64,000 nucleotides of DNA from the human T2T-CHM13v2.0 reference genome, Homo sapiens (GCF_009914755.1 NC_060942.1), one strand, 5' to 3'; positions 26,894 through 41,663 are shown, numbered from the stretch's first letter. A program made the numbers and translations. The notes: a model not told the origin generated them from the letters alone.

Positions 26894-28479
26894 TTATAGA
26901 TATTCCTTTCTACTTTGATTTTGTCACTTCAAAATATAGTCCCTATCAGTTCATAGAAATCAGCTTCATTTTACATTTTACACAGCTGTGTAATACTTTG
27001 TGGTACAGGCATCCCATAGTCCATCCTTTCAGGCTGAATATTTCATGTATCTATGGGTTCTTTCAATATGTAGATTCAGGTATTTCTTTTTAGAAATTTT
27101 GTTTTTGGATTATACATTTAAGTATTAGTACTGTTACACTGTTTTGCTTTATGGTTGGTGGTTTTTTTGTTTGTTTGTTTTTTAATTTGGGGACTCCAAA
27201 TATGTTAATTGTATTCTTTCCCCATCCTTTATTTTTATCTTTATTTTTCTCTGGACCTTTTTCATTTATTTATTTCAATTTCATTCTGTTTGAGATTTTT
27301 CCAGATTCCTTCAATGGTTCTTGTTACTTATTTTCCTTTATTAGACTTTGGATGCCTTAAAAATTAGTCTTTTGTTTGTTTGGGTGGTTACATTTCTTTT
27401 CTGAGTTCAAATAACTATTTTCTACTGTTTCTGTCTCCCTCTCTTGCCAATTTCCATTCTTCAATTTGAATTTCCAATTTAAAAAAAATCAGTGGTTTTC
27501 CTATCTCCAAATGTTTGAGTACAATTAACTTACTTTGGAGTCTCACAGTTTCTTCTGACACAGGATTGGTTGTTCAGGGGGCATTTTCATTACTTGAGAT
27601 GTATTGAATCTCATTTTCTAACTTTTTAAAAATAATAACTTTATGTGGCTTTATTAGTTCACTTTCCATTTATCTTGGATTTAGTTTGAAGGATTCTTTA
27701 TTTGAAAGCACACTTTTTTCATTATAGCAAAATTTGTACTCTTTAATGGATTTGTTTGTGTGCATGTATATGTGTAATGCGAGAGGATCTGTGTGTCCTC
27801 TGATATTTTTGGTTCTCTTGGTCTTGCAAGACCCTAAATTCTGATCTTTTTCATCTTTTTATATTTCACCACTCAATTTCTAAAGGGCTTATTTTTCTTC
27901 CTTTTTTCGTTTTTTAAAATTCCCCAGAATTTAAGTATTTTGAAGACTGTCACTTCCAGCAATATGCATTTTTAAGCCTCTTTGCTATAAACTGTTAGAC
28001 CGTGTTCTAATCTACCAAAGCACTTTTAAGAAATGTTTAATATTTTTACACTGAGGGTGAACTTTAGCTTTCTTGTGGTGCTTTTATGTTAACATTATTC
28101 CCATGACTAGCTCTCCTGGTCTCCCTTCCCACAGGCTTTCTTGGCCTGCCTTTGCAGTGGGGAATGAAGGTGAGAGATTACCTGCTGAGTTTTGGTGCAT
28201 TTACTAAATAATTTACGCTAATTTTGAAGTTCAGTTATTTCAGATTTCACTTTATGCTGAAAGCGTGGAGGGTTTTTTTTAATGTTGTTTTCCTGTATTG
28301 TTTTCAGCTACCCAGAATTCAAAAGTTACTAATTTTGAAGGAAGTTTTGTCTTTGTGTTCTCACAGGTTCAGAAACACTACATTCCTTTGAGGCAGTCTT
28401 CTGTCTCCTCTTTCTTTGTGACAGTCATATCTCTTTATGCAGTCCTCCAACTGCCCCTGTTGCCTTTCATGGGTGCCAG

Positions 28480-28900
28480 AGCAATCAATTTATGACGGAA
28501 GAGAGGCCTCTGTCCCCAGAGATAGTGTGTGTGGCTTGATCTGCTCTTCCCTTTCCCCATGGCTTGTTTAAAAAGGTTTCATTGAATTTCTTGCATGTTG
28601 TGCTGCTTGGGTGTACAAAATATTGGCAATGTTTTATAATAAGTAGCAAATCATTATTATGCACTGTGGTGTTCATTGTATTACCATTAATCATCGTAAA
28701 TTCACTGAGTGTATTCACACAAATAAGGTAGGTAATTCCAAAGACAGTTTTATTCATGACACTTTCAATTTATTAATGTGATTTCACCTTTAAAGATACA
28801 CGGAAAAGTTAAATGATGTTTTTCAGTAACGGCATCAAAAGGACTTTGTGGAGTCTCAGTGCAGAATTCTGCTAAAGCTCGTTTTTAGCAAACTGTAAAG
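28480..28900. promoter_or_regulatory. Candidate developmental enhancer (repeat-poor, homeodomain/SOX motifs)
   Basis: CATTGT, ATTAAT, TAATC and TCGTAAA within ~25 bp at 28675-28701; motif evidence only. Confidence 0.3.
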
Positions 28901-29956
28901 GACGAGACTCTTGCCTCTGGTACTCTCTTCATTCCTTATTTTGTGATCACTAGTATACCCCAAATTCTCATGCTGAACCACTTCAGCTGGTTGTCCAGAA
29001 TCACTGCCCATCCTTGCCAGACTTTTTGTTTAGATATGCAGTCTGTATTTTTCTCCTTCTTTTGGTTAAATTTTAACCTCAAATACAAAGCATTACAGTA
29101 TACAGTACATCTTAGAGACATTAATATGTTATTAGGAAATATTGTGCCTTAACCCAAAAGAATAAAGTGCTAATAGTGGACAGTTGGGCATCATAGTAAA
29201 ATAATTGAGGGGCTTTTATAGCATATTTGAGTTCATCTTATCTGGAAAACTTTTTTTTTAACCTTTCGGTTTTAGGGACATATCTTTTGAAGCATAATAT
29301 ATTTTCAAATTCTGGCTCTATCATGTAATATCTGTGTGTCTTTGACAAAAAAAATAACTTCTGAGCTTCATTACCACTTCTATAAAAATGAGAAAAATAC
29401 TACCTCCTTGACAGATCACGTTGAGGTTAAAACAAAGAGGATGTGACATTTTTAATTCTGATCCTCATCTTTAAAATGAGGATAAGATCAACAATTATTT
29501 GATGATCAAATGGAAAAGCATGTGCAAAGCATCTTAATTTACTTGGCATATGAGATCTTCTCCATAAAGACAGTTCTCCTTCCGGACTTACTGCCAGCCC
29601 ATTCGACCAAATATTTAGAAACTAAAGATGGCAATCTTAATTGGAAATGAGCAAATTTGATGGTTCAGGCTACATCTGCCCTATCTAAACAGCGGCATAT
29701 ATGCTTACTAGAGAAGGCTAGGGGAGACCAAGGCAGACAGTGGCTACTGAAGGGGAATTTGTTCTTCTTCCCTAGATGAGGTCTCAGACAGGGGCTGAAT
29801 GCTAGGAATGAGGCACAGGAACTGGAACATACTGCTAGGACAGCACTGCAAAGACTTGATTGCATGCTATATTACACTTGAAAAGGAAGTAGCAGAGATG
29901 GGATAAAATGTTATTTGCACCGTCCTAACTAGGATTTCCTCTGTTGCTAAGGTGGC

Positions 29957-30452
29957 TGTAGTAGACTAAATAATGCCTGCCCACCCCTCACCCTCTGCAT
30001 CACCCTCTCAAGCTATCTATGTCAAAGTCCCTGAAATCTGTGAATGTTACTTTATATGGCAATGCCTTTGCAGATGTGATTAATAAATTTGAAACAGATT
30101 ATTCCGGATTACCCAGGTTTTTCCGAAAGTCACCACAGGCATCCTTATAAGAAGGAGACGTAAAGAGATTACAAACCTAAGAGGAGTTGGCCCTGTGACC
30201 ACAAAGGCAGGGACTGGAGTGATGCAGCCAAAAGCCAAGGAATATGAGCAACCACCAGAAACTGAAAGCAGCAAAGGACACATTTTTCCCTAAAGCCTCT
30301 GGGGAGACAGTGGTTCTGCTGATACCCTGATGTTAACCTAGTGGAACTGATTCCAGACTTCTAGCCTCCAGAATTGTGAGAGAATAAATTTCTGTTGTTT
30401 TAAGCTGCCAAGTTTGTGGTAATTTGTTAAAGAAACCCAAAGAACTAATGCA
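29957..30452 (+). mobile_element. MLT1C-like MaLR solo LTR
   Basis: tgtag..tgtgaatgttactttatatggc..gactggagtgatgcagcca..cctccagaattgtgagagaataaatttctgttg..ca; TSD gtggc/gtgac. Confidence 0.9.
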
Positions 30453-30486
30453 GTGACTAAGGTTCATATCAATTGAAACCATTTAG

Positions 30487-30774
30487 AGCTGAGGGTGATG
30501 GCTCACACCTGTAATTCCAGCACTTTGGGAGGCTGAGGTGGAAGGATGGTTTGGTCCTAGTTTAAGACCAGCCTGGGCAACATAGTGTAAGATCCTGTAT
30601 CTCCAAAAAGTTACAAAAATTTACTGGGTGTGGTGGAATGTGCCTGTAGTTCCAGCTGCTTAGGAAGCTGAGGCAGGAGGATGGCTTGAGCCCAAAAGTT
30701 TAAGGCTGCAGTGAGCTATGATTGCACCATTGCACTCCAGCCTGAGATATAGAGCGAGACCCTGTCTCTAAAAA
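30487..30774 (+). mobile_element. AluJ
   Basis: J-type ggaggatggcttgagccc, aggctgcagtgagctatgatt, gagaccctgtctc. Confidence 0.95.
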
Positions 30775-31019
30775 GGAAGAATAGGAATTCACACTGAAGT
30801 AAAAGCAACTCACAATCATGCAATTGTAAATTCTAGATGTGATAGAAAACATTTGGGTTCTTTTATTCCAGTGCTGACGCACTGACACCTGTGATGGTCA
30901 GTCGCCCAATCCTTCCACTGACATATTGCCAAGTAGTTTATTCTGGACTTTGGCATGTCTATTGATAGTTCTGCCTTGTTTTGTGCTACTACCTGCTTAG
31001 CTATATATTTCTATCTCAG

Positions 31020-31440
31020 GCATGAGTTCTGCCCTTTGAAGCAAAAGTTAATGAATAAATAAATCAAACAGGATTCCTCAGCTATTTGAGGGCAGCCATA
31101 CTGAATCTCCAGAACCCCATTCTCTGCATCCTGGATCCCTCCATCCTTTCCTCATGTGATGCCATCATGCCATTCTGTCTGTCTTCTGGCATGCTATGAT
31201 TTGTCAGCTCCCAGCCTGTATACACAATGGAACGGCCTGTTGAATATCATGCTCCAGATATAAAAATAAGTAGTGGGTGAACTGAGCAAGCCCATTAATT
31301 CTTAATCAGATGTAACCTGAAAGTATTCTTGCTTTCTGGCAGTCAGAATAAGCATCAGTTAAGGAATCCCCCAAAACCGATTTTATGAGAATTGTTAAGT
31401 TTCCTCAAATTCATGCATGCTATCCATGCCCTTTTTACTG
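31020..31440 (-). mobile_element. CR1/L3 LINE fragment
   Basis: tatttgagggcagccat..ttcctcatgtga..gctccagat..gcttgctttctggcag-type blocks follow the reverse L3 consensus order; very diverged. Confidence 0.55.
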
Positions 31441-32022
31441 ATAAATAGTCTTATTAATTTGTTCCTGTGTTTTCAATCTTCATTTCATCATCCATCAATC
31501 AACTCCTTTTCTTAGCTTCATATTAAATGTAAACATTTTAAATAAGTTCTGTTAATTTATTAAAAATATTTCTTAAACCACTAACATATAATATATGTGA
31601 TAGGTAATAAGATGGTTATAGATTCAACCCTCAAAAAATTACATACTGCTGGTGGATACCTACAGGTTGATAAGCTTGACCTTTTTATGTAGTAAGTTCT
31701 ATAAAAGAGAAATTATAGACTATTGTCTAAGAAAGGAAGGCATTTATAGAGAGGAAATGCTTCTTGGAATACCCATCATAACTGAGAATTTGAGGGTGGA
31801 TATTTACTCTTTCTTTGCCTCCTCTTTTCTGTTCCTTTGAGCTGGCCAGCACCAGCAAGGCCTACAGAGAGGGGCCCAATATGATGAGGCCTGTAAACCA
31901 ATACACGAGTATTGATGCTAAAGAAGCAATGGGAGCCCATAGAGCTTATAGGGTGTGCAAAACAGGATCCAAGGAAGTATCTGGGGCTGTCAGGAGAATA
32001 GTTATATATAAAAAGAATTAAT

Positions 32023-32326
32023 TAGTCATTCCTCAGTTTCCTTTGGGGGATTGGTTCCAGGACCCCCTGTAAACACCCAAATATTAAAATGCTCAAGTTT
32101 CAAATACAAAATGGCATAGGTTTGCATATAACCTATTTACATGCTTCTCTATAAATAATCTCTAGATTACTTATAATACTTAATACAACTGTTATATACT
32201 TTTTATTCTGTATTTTTAAATTTTGTATATTTTTGTTATATTATTTCATCATTTATTAAATTTGAATATTTTTATCTGTGATTGAGTCCACAGATGTGGA
32301 ACCTATGGATATGGAGGGCTAATTCT
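32023..32326 (+). mobile_element. MER2 (TcMar-Tigger MITE)
   Basis: gggggattggttccaggaccccc..aaaatggcatag..tctctagattacttataatac..gatgtggaacctatggatatggagggc. Confidence 0.9.
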
Positions 32327-32399
32327 ATATAAATATATTTCTAAAAATGGGTTTCAGATTGCTCATTGCTAAAGAAAATAATTAGAAATATGGAAAAGT

Positions 32400-34112
32400 T
32401 AAGTCTGGAATGAACTCTCTTGTTGGATTGAAATTGGAAGAATTGGCGTGAATTCATGTTTTTAAATATGTAATTGTACATGTACTTATATACATTTCTG
32501 AAGCTTGTATTTACTTTTACATACTCACATACATACACGTGAATCTATTTATATCTACGTGCGCACACACACACACATATATAGGTACAAATATAGATAT
32601 ATAGACGTATGAGTTATATGGATATATAAAGAAATATATATATATAGAGAGAGAGATAGAAACATGTGGGTATATATATGTGTGTGTTTAAGAGTTTATG
32701 TGTATATACACACATACATTTCCTAGCTCTCTTCATTGAGGAGGCCTAGAAGCATAACATCTCAGTACCTATGGGCATTCCTAGTACTGTGATCTTAAGA
32801 AGAGCCAAGGTTCCTTGAAATAATAAGGAGCTGAAGTGGGAGTTTCTTCTGTTTGATTACATGACTGGGGAAATGAAAGTACAAGATGATCCTTGACTAC
32901 CCTTTTGCTCCAGAAATGTAAGGAATGCTAAGAAAACAGACACTTTTCAGAAGAACACAGGAATCAGCTTAACCAGATTTCTTTTGGCCAGATAAGATGG
33001 AATTTGAGATTGAAAAGAAATGATTATTGTAATGAGTTATAATCCATTAAAAATATATATATGTCCATGTTTTCATACTAATAAAGATGAATGAATGAAT
33101 GAATAAGTAAATGTTTTTAGAAGAAAAAGCTCCTCCTTATGGTTATTACTGACTATGCATATATATGTATCATATATAATGTATCTCCTATATTATATAT
33201 CATATATGTCATGTCACATATAAGTTGTGTGTTTAAATTGTATGTATATACATGTATACACAATTAATCATATATAGTAATATAGTGGAATTAGAAAGTC
33301 ACTCTTTGGCAATCATCATAGTAACAAGTGATTCAGGTAAAGAATCATCAGGGGCAAAAGTTCATGGAGGAACAGTTATTTACATAGTGTCAACGTATTT
33401 AATCGCAAAATGCCCATTGATTGCAAGAGGAAAATATGGTCACATTACAGTAGAGAAATCTGGCAGACACCACCTTAACTAAGTGACCAACAGAAATAGG
33501 ACAAATCATCATGCGCCTGCTGGTGTAATGCACTAAGAAAGACATTATATCTTTTCTGTGATATTCTTCAATAAATCCAGAGCCTAAATGCAATCATGAG
33601 GAAATATCATGTAAGTCCAAATGGAGAGACATTCTGCAAAATACCACAGTTGAATTAAAAATATCAAGATCACAAAAAGACAAACTAAAGAAAAATTTCA
33701 TATTGAAAACCGCTAAAGAGACATGGCAATTAAATACAATGTGTAATGCTGGTTGGAATGTTGAGTTAGAAGAAGAAAAAAACCTCTAAAGGGCAATATT
33801 GAGCAGCATTTGAATGAGTCTGTGCATTAGATAATGGTGTTTTATAAATGTTAATTTCTTGATTAAGATGTTTGTGCTGTCATTTACGGGAAAGTGTATT
33901 TATTTTCTAGGTAATGAACATTGTTTAAGAATAATGAAGCATCCTATTTGCTACATACTTTCACTTGTTCAAAAGATAATAATGCATACATACATGCACA
34001 TATACAGAGAATGATAAAATATTGCCAATTAGGGAGTCTGAGTGAAGGGTACTATTCTTGTAACTTCTTTGTATGCTCTTTTTAAATTTAAAATTATTTC
34101 AAAATAAAGAGA
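32400..34112 (+). mobile_element. L1MC3/L1MC4-like 3' UTR with TA-rich low-complexity patches
   Basis: catttcctagctct..gaggaggcctagaagc; acagtagagaaatctggcagacaccaccttaac; aaattatttcaaaataaa end. Confidence 0.8.
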
Positions 34113-34945
34113 TAAGAAACAAAAAGATGTATATTTGTTGGTCCAAGATGGGAGATGGGTTAATGGTAGCATGCTCTGGCAGAGTTATCTGTGTTAGAGT
34201 AAAATATAGAGATTCCCCACTAGATATCCCTTTTTTTGGATATTGATTAATATCACATATATATTATATTGTTTGAACAGAGTCTGTGGAATTGTCCATG
34301 GAAATGTTGAAGGATTACTTTTCCTGAATTTTTAAGAGATAAAATGAGAAAGTAATGTGTTAATACATTAAAATAATTCTAAAATTGGTATTTTGGAATC
34401 TCAGATTTAGGGAGAAAGGTGATCTTTTGTCTCCCAGGATTGTGTAAAGTATCATTTCTCTTTTCTTCACTCTCAAGTTTAAGCCCATCCCTCAGAGGAG
34501 TCACAGAATGTTCAGTCATACCACTGGATAAACCTGCATGTTTCATTACATGGAATAATTTGTAGCACACTTTACAAAATGAGAACTTTTTAAAGGTATT
34601 TTTGCTTTGAGGAGAGCTGTCTCTTTAGAACTCCTTATCCCTCCATGTTCAGATACAACCTAAAAAGTAGAATCTACATGAAGAATAAACTCTAAACAGT
34701 GAAATAAGAGAGTAAAGTGACCTATTCTATCCTATTCTTGTAGCTCCTACCCCAATATCTATGTCCTCATGAAGCTGCAACAAATGCAGACTCAAGAGAT
34801 GTGGAACTGAGGATTGACGCCATCAACAACTATTTGAATGACTTCCACTTCTACTCTCAAAAGCTTTAGTTTCACTATGAAAACAGAAAACAACATACCA
34901 GGATATTTGGGACACAGCTAAAGCAGTGTTAAGAGGAAAATTTAT

Positions 34946-35239
34946 GGCCGGGCGTGGTGGCTCATGCCTGTAATCCCAGCACTTTGGGAGGCCCAGGTGG
35001 GCAGATCACAAGGTCAGGAGTTCGAGACTAGCCTGGTCAATATGGTGAAACCCTGTCTCTACTAAAATTAGCCAGCCGTGGTGGCATATGCCTGTAGTCC
35101 TAGCTACTCAAGAGGCTGAGGCAGGAGAATTGCCTGAACCTGGGAGGCGGAGGCTGCAGCGAGTCGAGATTTGTGCCACTGCACTCCAGCATGGGCAACA
35201 GAGTGAGCCTCCATCTCAAAAAAATAAATAAATAAATAA
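34946..35239 (+). mobile_element. AluS (Sg-like) nested in L1
   Basis: gatcacaaggtcaggagttcgag; (AAAT)n tail; TSD aagaggaaaat on both sides. Confidence 0.95.
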
Positions 35240-38200
35240 AAGAGGAAAATGTGTAGCACTAAATTCCTACCTCCTACATCAAGAAGTTAGAAAGATCTCA
35301 AATTAACAACCTAACATTACACCTACAGGCACTAGAGAAACGAGCAAACCTATCCCATAGCTAGCAGAAGTAAAGAAATAACCAAAATCAGAGCTGAACT
35401 GAATGAAATTGAGATGTGAAAATCCATATAAAAGATCAATAAAATCAAAATCTGGTTATTTGAAAGATTAAACAATATTGATAGACTGCTAGCTAGGTTA
35501 ATAAAGAATAAAAGAGAGAAGACAAAAACACAATCAGAGAAAAACAAATGTGACATTACAATGGACCCCATAGAAATATAAAACATCCTCAGAGACTATT
35601 ACAAATACATATATGCACCCTAGACAGCTTAGAAGAAATGGATAAATTCCTGGAAACAGTTTCCCAAGATTGAATGAGGAAGACTTAAATTCCTGAACAG
35701 ACCAATAACAAGTTCCAAAATCGAATCCGTAATAAAAAGCCTATCAACGAGAAAAAGAAAAAAAGTCCTGGATGAGATTGATTTATAGCAGTGTTCTGCC
35801 AGATGTACAAAGAAGCAGTAGTACCAATCCTCCTGAAATTATTCTAAAAAATTGAGGAGGAGGAGACTCCTCTCTAATTCATTCTATGAAACCAGCGTAA
35901 TTCTGATACTGAAGCCTGGAAAAGACACAATGAAGAAAGAAAACTTCATGCCAATATCCCTGATGAGCACAGACACAAAAATCCTCACAAAAAAGCTAGT
36001 AAACTGAATCCAACAGCACACTGAAAAGCTAATTCACTATGATCAAGTAGACTTTATTCCTGGGATGCAAGTTTAGTTTAGCATATGCAAATCAATAAAT
36101 TTTATTCACCACATAAACAGAATTAACAACAAAAACATATGATCATCTCAATAGATGCAGAGAAGACTTTCGATAACATTCAACATCCCTTCATATTAAA
36201 AACCCCCAATAAACTAGGCATCAAAGGAAAGTACCTCAAAATAAGAGCCATCTATGACAAACCCACAGCCAACATCATACTGAAGGAGAAAAAAATAGAA
36301 GCATTCTACTTGAGAACTGGCGGAAAAGAAAGATGCCCACTCTCACTGCTCCTATTCAACCCAGTACTGGAACTCCTAGCCAGGGCAATCAGATAAGGGA
36401 AAGAAAAAGAAGGCATCCAAATAGGAAGTCAAACTATCTATCTCTCTTCACAGATGATATGATTCTATACCTAGAAAACCCCAGATTCCACCAGAAGGCT
36501 TATAGAACTGGTAAACAACTTTAGTAAAGCTTCAGGGTATAAAATCAATGTATAAAAATCAGTAGCGTTTCTATAAGCCAGTAAAGTTCAATCTCAGAGC
36601 CAAATCGAGAATGCTATTGCATTTACAATAGCCACAAAAAAGGGTAAAATATCCAGGAATACAGCTTACCATGGTGATGAAAGATCTCTAAAACAAGAAT
36701 TACAAAATGCTGTTGACCGAAATCAGAGATGACACAAATAAATGGAAAATCATTCCATGCTTATGAATAGGAAGAATCAATATTGTTAAAATGGCCAAAC
36801 TTCTCAAAGCCATGTACAGATTTAATGCTATTTCTGTCAAACTCTCAATGTCATTTTTCACAGAATTTGAAGAAATTGTTTTAAAATTCATATGGAAACC
36901 AGAAAAGAGCCCAATTGCCAAAGTAACCCCAAGCGAAAAGAACAAAGCTGGAGGCATCACATTAACTGACTTCAGACTATGCTACAAGCCTACAGAAATC
37001 AAAACAGCATGGTCCTGGTTAAAAAAAAAAAAAAAAGGAGACACCTAGAACTATGTAACAGAATAGAAAAACCAGAAATAAAGCTATACACCTAAAACTA
37101 CCTGATCCTCAATAAAGTCAATAATAGTAAGCAGTGGGGAAAAGACTTGCTATTCAATAAATGGTGCTGAGATAACTGGAAAGCCATTTGCTGAAGATTG
37201 AAACTAGACCCCTTTCTTTCACCATATAGAAAAATTAAATCAAGATGGATTAAAGACTTAATGTAAGACATAAAACAATAAAAATCCCAAAAGACAACCT
37301 AGGAAAACCATTCTAGACACTAGTCTTGGCAAAGAATTTATGAATAAGTCTCCAAAAGCTATTGCAACAAAAATAAAAATTAACAAGTGGGACCTAATTA
37401 AACTAAAGAGCTTCTTCACAGCAAAAGAAACTATCAACAGAGCAAACAGACACCCTACAGAATGGAAGAGAATATTCAGAAACTATGCATCTGACAGAAG
37501 TCTAGTATCCAGAATCTATAAGAAACTTAAATCAGCAAGCAAAGCAAATAATCCCATTTAAAAATGAGCAAAGGACATGAACAGACACTTCTCAAAAGAA
37601 GACATACGTGCAGTCAAGAAATATATGGAAATACCGCTTATTATAACTAGTCATTAGAGAAATACAAGTCATAACCACAATGGGATACCATCTAACACCA
37701 GTCAGAAGAGATATTATTAAAAAGCCAAAAATTTACAGATGTTGGTGAGGCTGCAGAGAAAAGGGGATACTTCTATAATGCTTGTGGGAATGTAAATTAT
37801 TTCAGTCACTTTGGAAAGCAGTGTGCAGATTTCTTAAAGAACTTAAAACAAACCTACCATTTGACCCAGCAATTCCACTATTGGATATATATACCCAAAG
37901 AAAATAAATTGTTCTACCAAAAAGACACATGTACTCATACGTACATAACAGCACTATTCACAATACCAGGCCCAATACCAGCATCAATCAAGATGCTCAT
38001 GAATGGTGGACTGGATAAAGAAAATGTGGTACATATACACCACGGAATACTATGCAGCCACTAAAGAGAATAAAATCATGTCCTTTTGTAGCAACATGGA
38101 TGCAGCTGGAAGCCATTATCTTAAGTGAACTAGTACAGTAACAGAAAACCAAGTATTACAAGTTCTTAGTTGTAGATGGGAGCTAAAACTTTGAGTACAC

Positions 38201-38299
38201 ATGGACACAAAGGGAACAATAGACAATGGGGACTGCTTGAAGTGGGAGAGTTGGGAGAGAAGCATAGGTTTGAAAGCTATCAGGTACTATGCTGTCTAA

Positions 38300-38696
<397 letters not shown>

Positions 38697-41454
38697 CTGA
38701 ACCTAAAATTTTTTTAAAAGTAAAAAAACTTAGTTTCACATTTGTAAAAGAAGGATATTGGAATAGATTTTCAATCTCTAACATTCTATGTTTCCGTGAG
38801 CATTTAGAGCCATTGAATTCTTTGTTATGACAGTAATTAGTGGTTCCTTCCCAGATTACTTGCAGCATTTTTGAAAGGTTTATAGCTTATTCTTGATGTA
38901 GATAAATGTTTTTTAGAATACTTGTTTTGCCTTTCATGAATAAAAAGGTGATTGAACAAAGCATGCATTCATCATTCCATTTATTGCCCTGAAACAACAA
39001 GTGTAATTTATAAACCAATAACACTTCGGGCAGTGTTATACACGTTTGAAAAGAATGTCTTAAACTAATGGGAGGCCATGGAGACACTAATCCAGCATCA
39101 CCTGGAGGAAGAGCTAAGAACCCAGCCAGAGAGGAAACTTGGATATATTTTATTGGATAATATAGATGGTGCTATGTTACTTTTATTGGAGCACAAATAA
39201 AGCGGGGGTAAAAAGGTCAATGACTCTGGGTTGGTCTCATCCTTGTTTCTTAAGATGTGTGAGAATGAGAGGGTCATGTTATCACAACAGGTTCCAGCTG
39301 GAATCCAAGAAAATGCTGGGATGTATATTAAAGGATACATCTAAAGATATCCATTCTTTTATGTACTATTCATAGAAACATGATTTTTCTGTTAAATTTA
39401 AGACAGTCTTGGTAAAGCTATAGGGATTAGTGAAAAGCTAGAAGGGACCCACTTTAGAATTATCGTAGCACATGTGAGAAGACAACATTTTAGAATTCAT
39501 AGAATTAATGAGAATTGCTTTGAAATTTTTGTCTGTGATTATTAAACAGTTTAATTTGTAAACTTGCTGTTTAGTATGTAGCATCATAAAAATGACTTCT
39601 CTTATTTAGAATGCCCTTCACTCTGTCATTGTACAAGCAAATTTTCAACACCTTACTGGAATGTGGTTAATACTCCAACTTCTTTGTGTTCTTAGTCTCA
39701 ATTACATAATTTCCTATGTTCATAGGCATAGTTTGAACTCAACTATCTTTCAATGTCTTACCTCTCTTAGTTATCCAAATTATAGGTAAATACCTACGAG
39801 GACAGAAAAATTAAGCTTCTCAGCAAATAAAATAAATAAATGTCAGCAAGTTGATGCACTACAGCTTATGTACATGATACAAAAGAGCCATGTATGATGT
39901 TTTGCAGGACCAATTTACTCCTAATTTGTAAAACATTCTAATGAGTTTGGGTATTGTGAAGATTAAACAAGTTAATATATGTAAAGCACTTAGAAAATGC
40001 CTGGTACACAGTATACATTCAATACTTATTAATATTTAATTCCCCTGTCAATAAAATACTAACAATAACAAATTGAAAGGGAGTAAAGAACCGCAACGAG
40101 TGAGGACACTCAAAATAAAAATTGTGAAGTAATGGAAAGAGATAGCAACATGATCAAAATCAAACATAAGAACTCAAAACAAAGCCATTATTCATTTGGT
40201 GCAGATCCAAACACATCTAAGCAGAGTCAGAGGCATCACTATTACAGTACATTGTAGCAGTAATAGCTGTTAATAACAATAACTATGAGGCATCAAGAAC
40301 AGTTGAAATAATATCCAATATCTTCTGTCTAAGAAAGCATGCAAATTGCAATAAAAATTTATAGACTCCCATCCAAACTGGTTATGATTTTAATGTTAAT
40401 GCTTCATCCATAAACTCTCTGTAATCTAGAAAACCTATTTTCTAGACCCTTTCGATAATGTATTTCTAGATAATAAAGGTTTGTTTAAATTAGGTTCATT
40501 AATCTTAGTAATTTCTGGACCTGAGGTTTAGCTGCCCAACTAGGCACCATATTTCTCAAGGACAAAAAAAGCATCTTTGAATATATTAATTTCAAAGTGG
40601 ATTAAGGATTACTGATGCCACAGAGTTGGGCCACGAGGGCTGGGGTTTTTGTTTGTTTGTTTGTTTTGTTGTTTGTATGCCTGTGTCTGTTAGTCATTGC
40701 CTGCTGACTGCAGCCTGGCAGCAGTAGAGATAGAGGGGTTACATTCCAGATGAGATTCCCAGTTAAGTAGTGGCTCCCATCTGGCAGTGGGTAGTTATCA
40801 AGAGAAGGGGGTAGCTATGATCAGTTACCAGCAGTTACCACAGTTGCTGAGGGATAGACACACTGAGGGATGGGTGCACTGTTAGATCAAAGGAACATTA
40901 GTGGAATAAAAACAGCAAATGCTAAAGCCCACCCCTTATACCACTCAGAATCACCTACTTTTCACAGTAAGTTCACATTTCATATTAGAACATCTAACCT
41001 GAGATTCTGATTGGTAACAATTTCTGGGAAAACCTACAAGAGTGGAAGGTACTGCTGGTGCTATTAGTCCTGAAGCTCTAAGGATGCTCACCATCTCCCA
41101 TCTAGACCCCCCATATCCTCAAACAGCACTTCTGCTGGCCAGATGGATTGCCTGGTGGGGTAATGCAGACCCCTATCTGTGAGGGGTGTGAGTCCCTTCT
41201 CCTGCTATGGTTATACACCCACCCACTTATAGTTAGGGCACCAGAGTACTAAAATGTGTTCCAACATGTCACCTACATACCAGATACATTTTGCACATTC
41301 TCATTATGCAGCAACAGTGCTACCTCTTCATAATAATAGGGCCCAAATATTCCTTTTTGGGTTTGCTGTACTACTGATAGGAGCAGATAAAAGTGAACTT
41401 GAGACAACTGCAGCTTTAAATTTAGTGACCTACTTAATGCATCCTTTGGTAGGA

Positions 41455-41663
41455 GCATGCATCTTATCTCTAAGGCCTCTTTTACCCTGTGAGGATGCAG
41501 TGAGAAGATGGGTATTTATGAACCAGAAAGGAGGCCCTCACCAGACACTGAATCTGATGGCACCTTGATCTTGAACTTCCCAACCTTCAAAACGAAATAT
41601 CAGTTGTTTATAAGCCACCCAGTCCATAATATGCTTTTATAGCCACCTGAATGGACTAAGGCA
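41455..41663 (+). mobile_element. MLT1A 3' half nested in the ERVL internal region
   Basis: tgtgaggatgcagtgagaag..ccctcaccagacactgaatctg..ccttgatcttgaacttccca..ggactaaggca. Confidence 0.85.

Larger units (their letters stand above)
24642..28310 (-). mobile_element. L1MC4-like old LINE (interrupted by MER1B); distal part possibly a separate old L1/HAL1 piece
   Basis: aaataatttcagacccaca..gttgcaaaa..ccataaccatag; gagaatggtatttagaaccaaaat; T-rich body. Confidence 0.7.

Noticed and set aside
15010-33800. Similarity between 15010-15260 and ~33480-33750 as another local duplication
   Set aside because: Much more diverged and explained by independent L1MC3/4 insertions
35350-38064. L1 ORF2-like ORFs as functional CDS
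   Set aside because: Multiple stops and frameshifts in a 5'-truncated element
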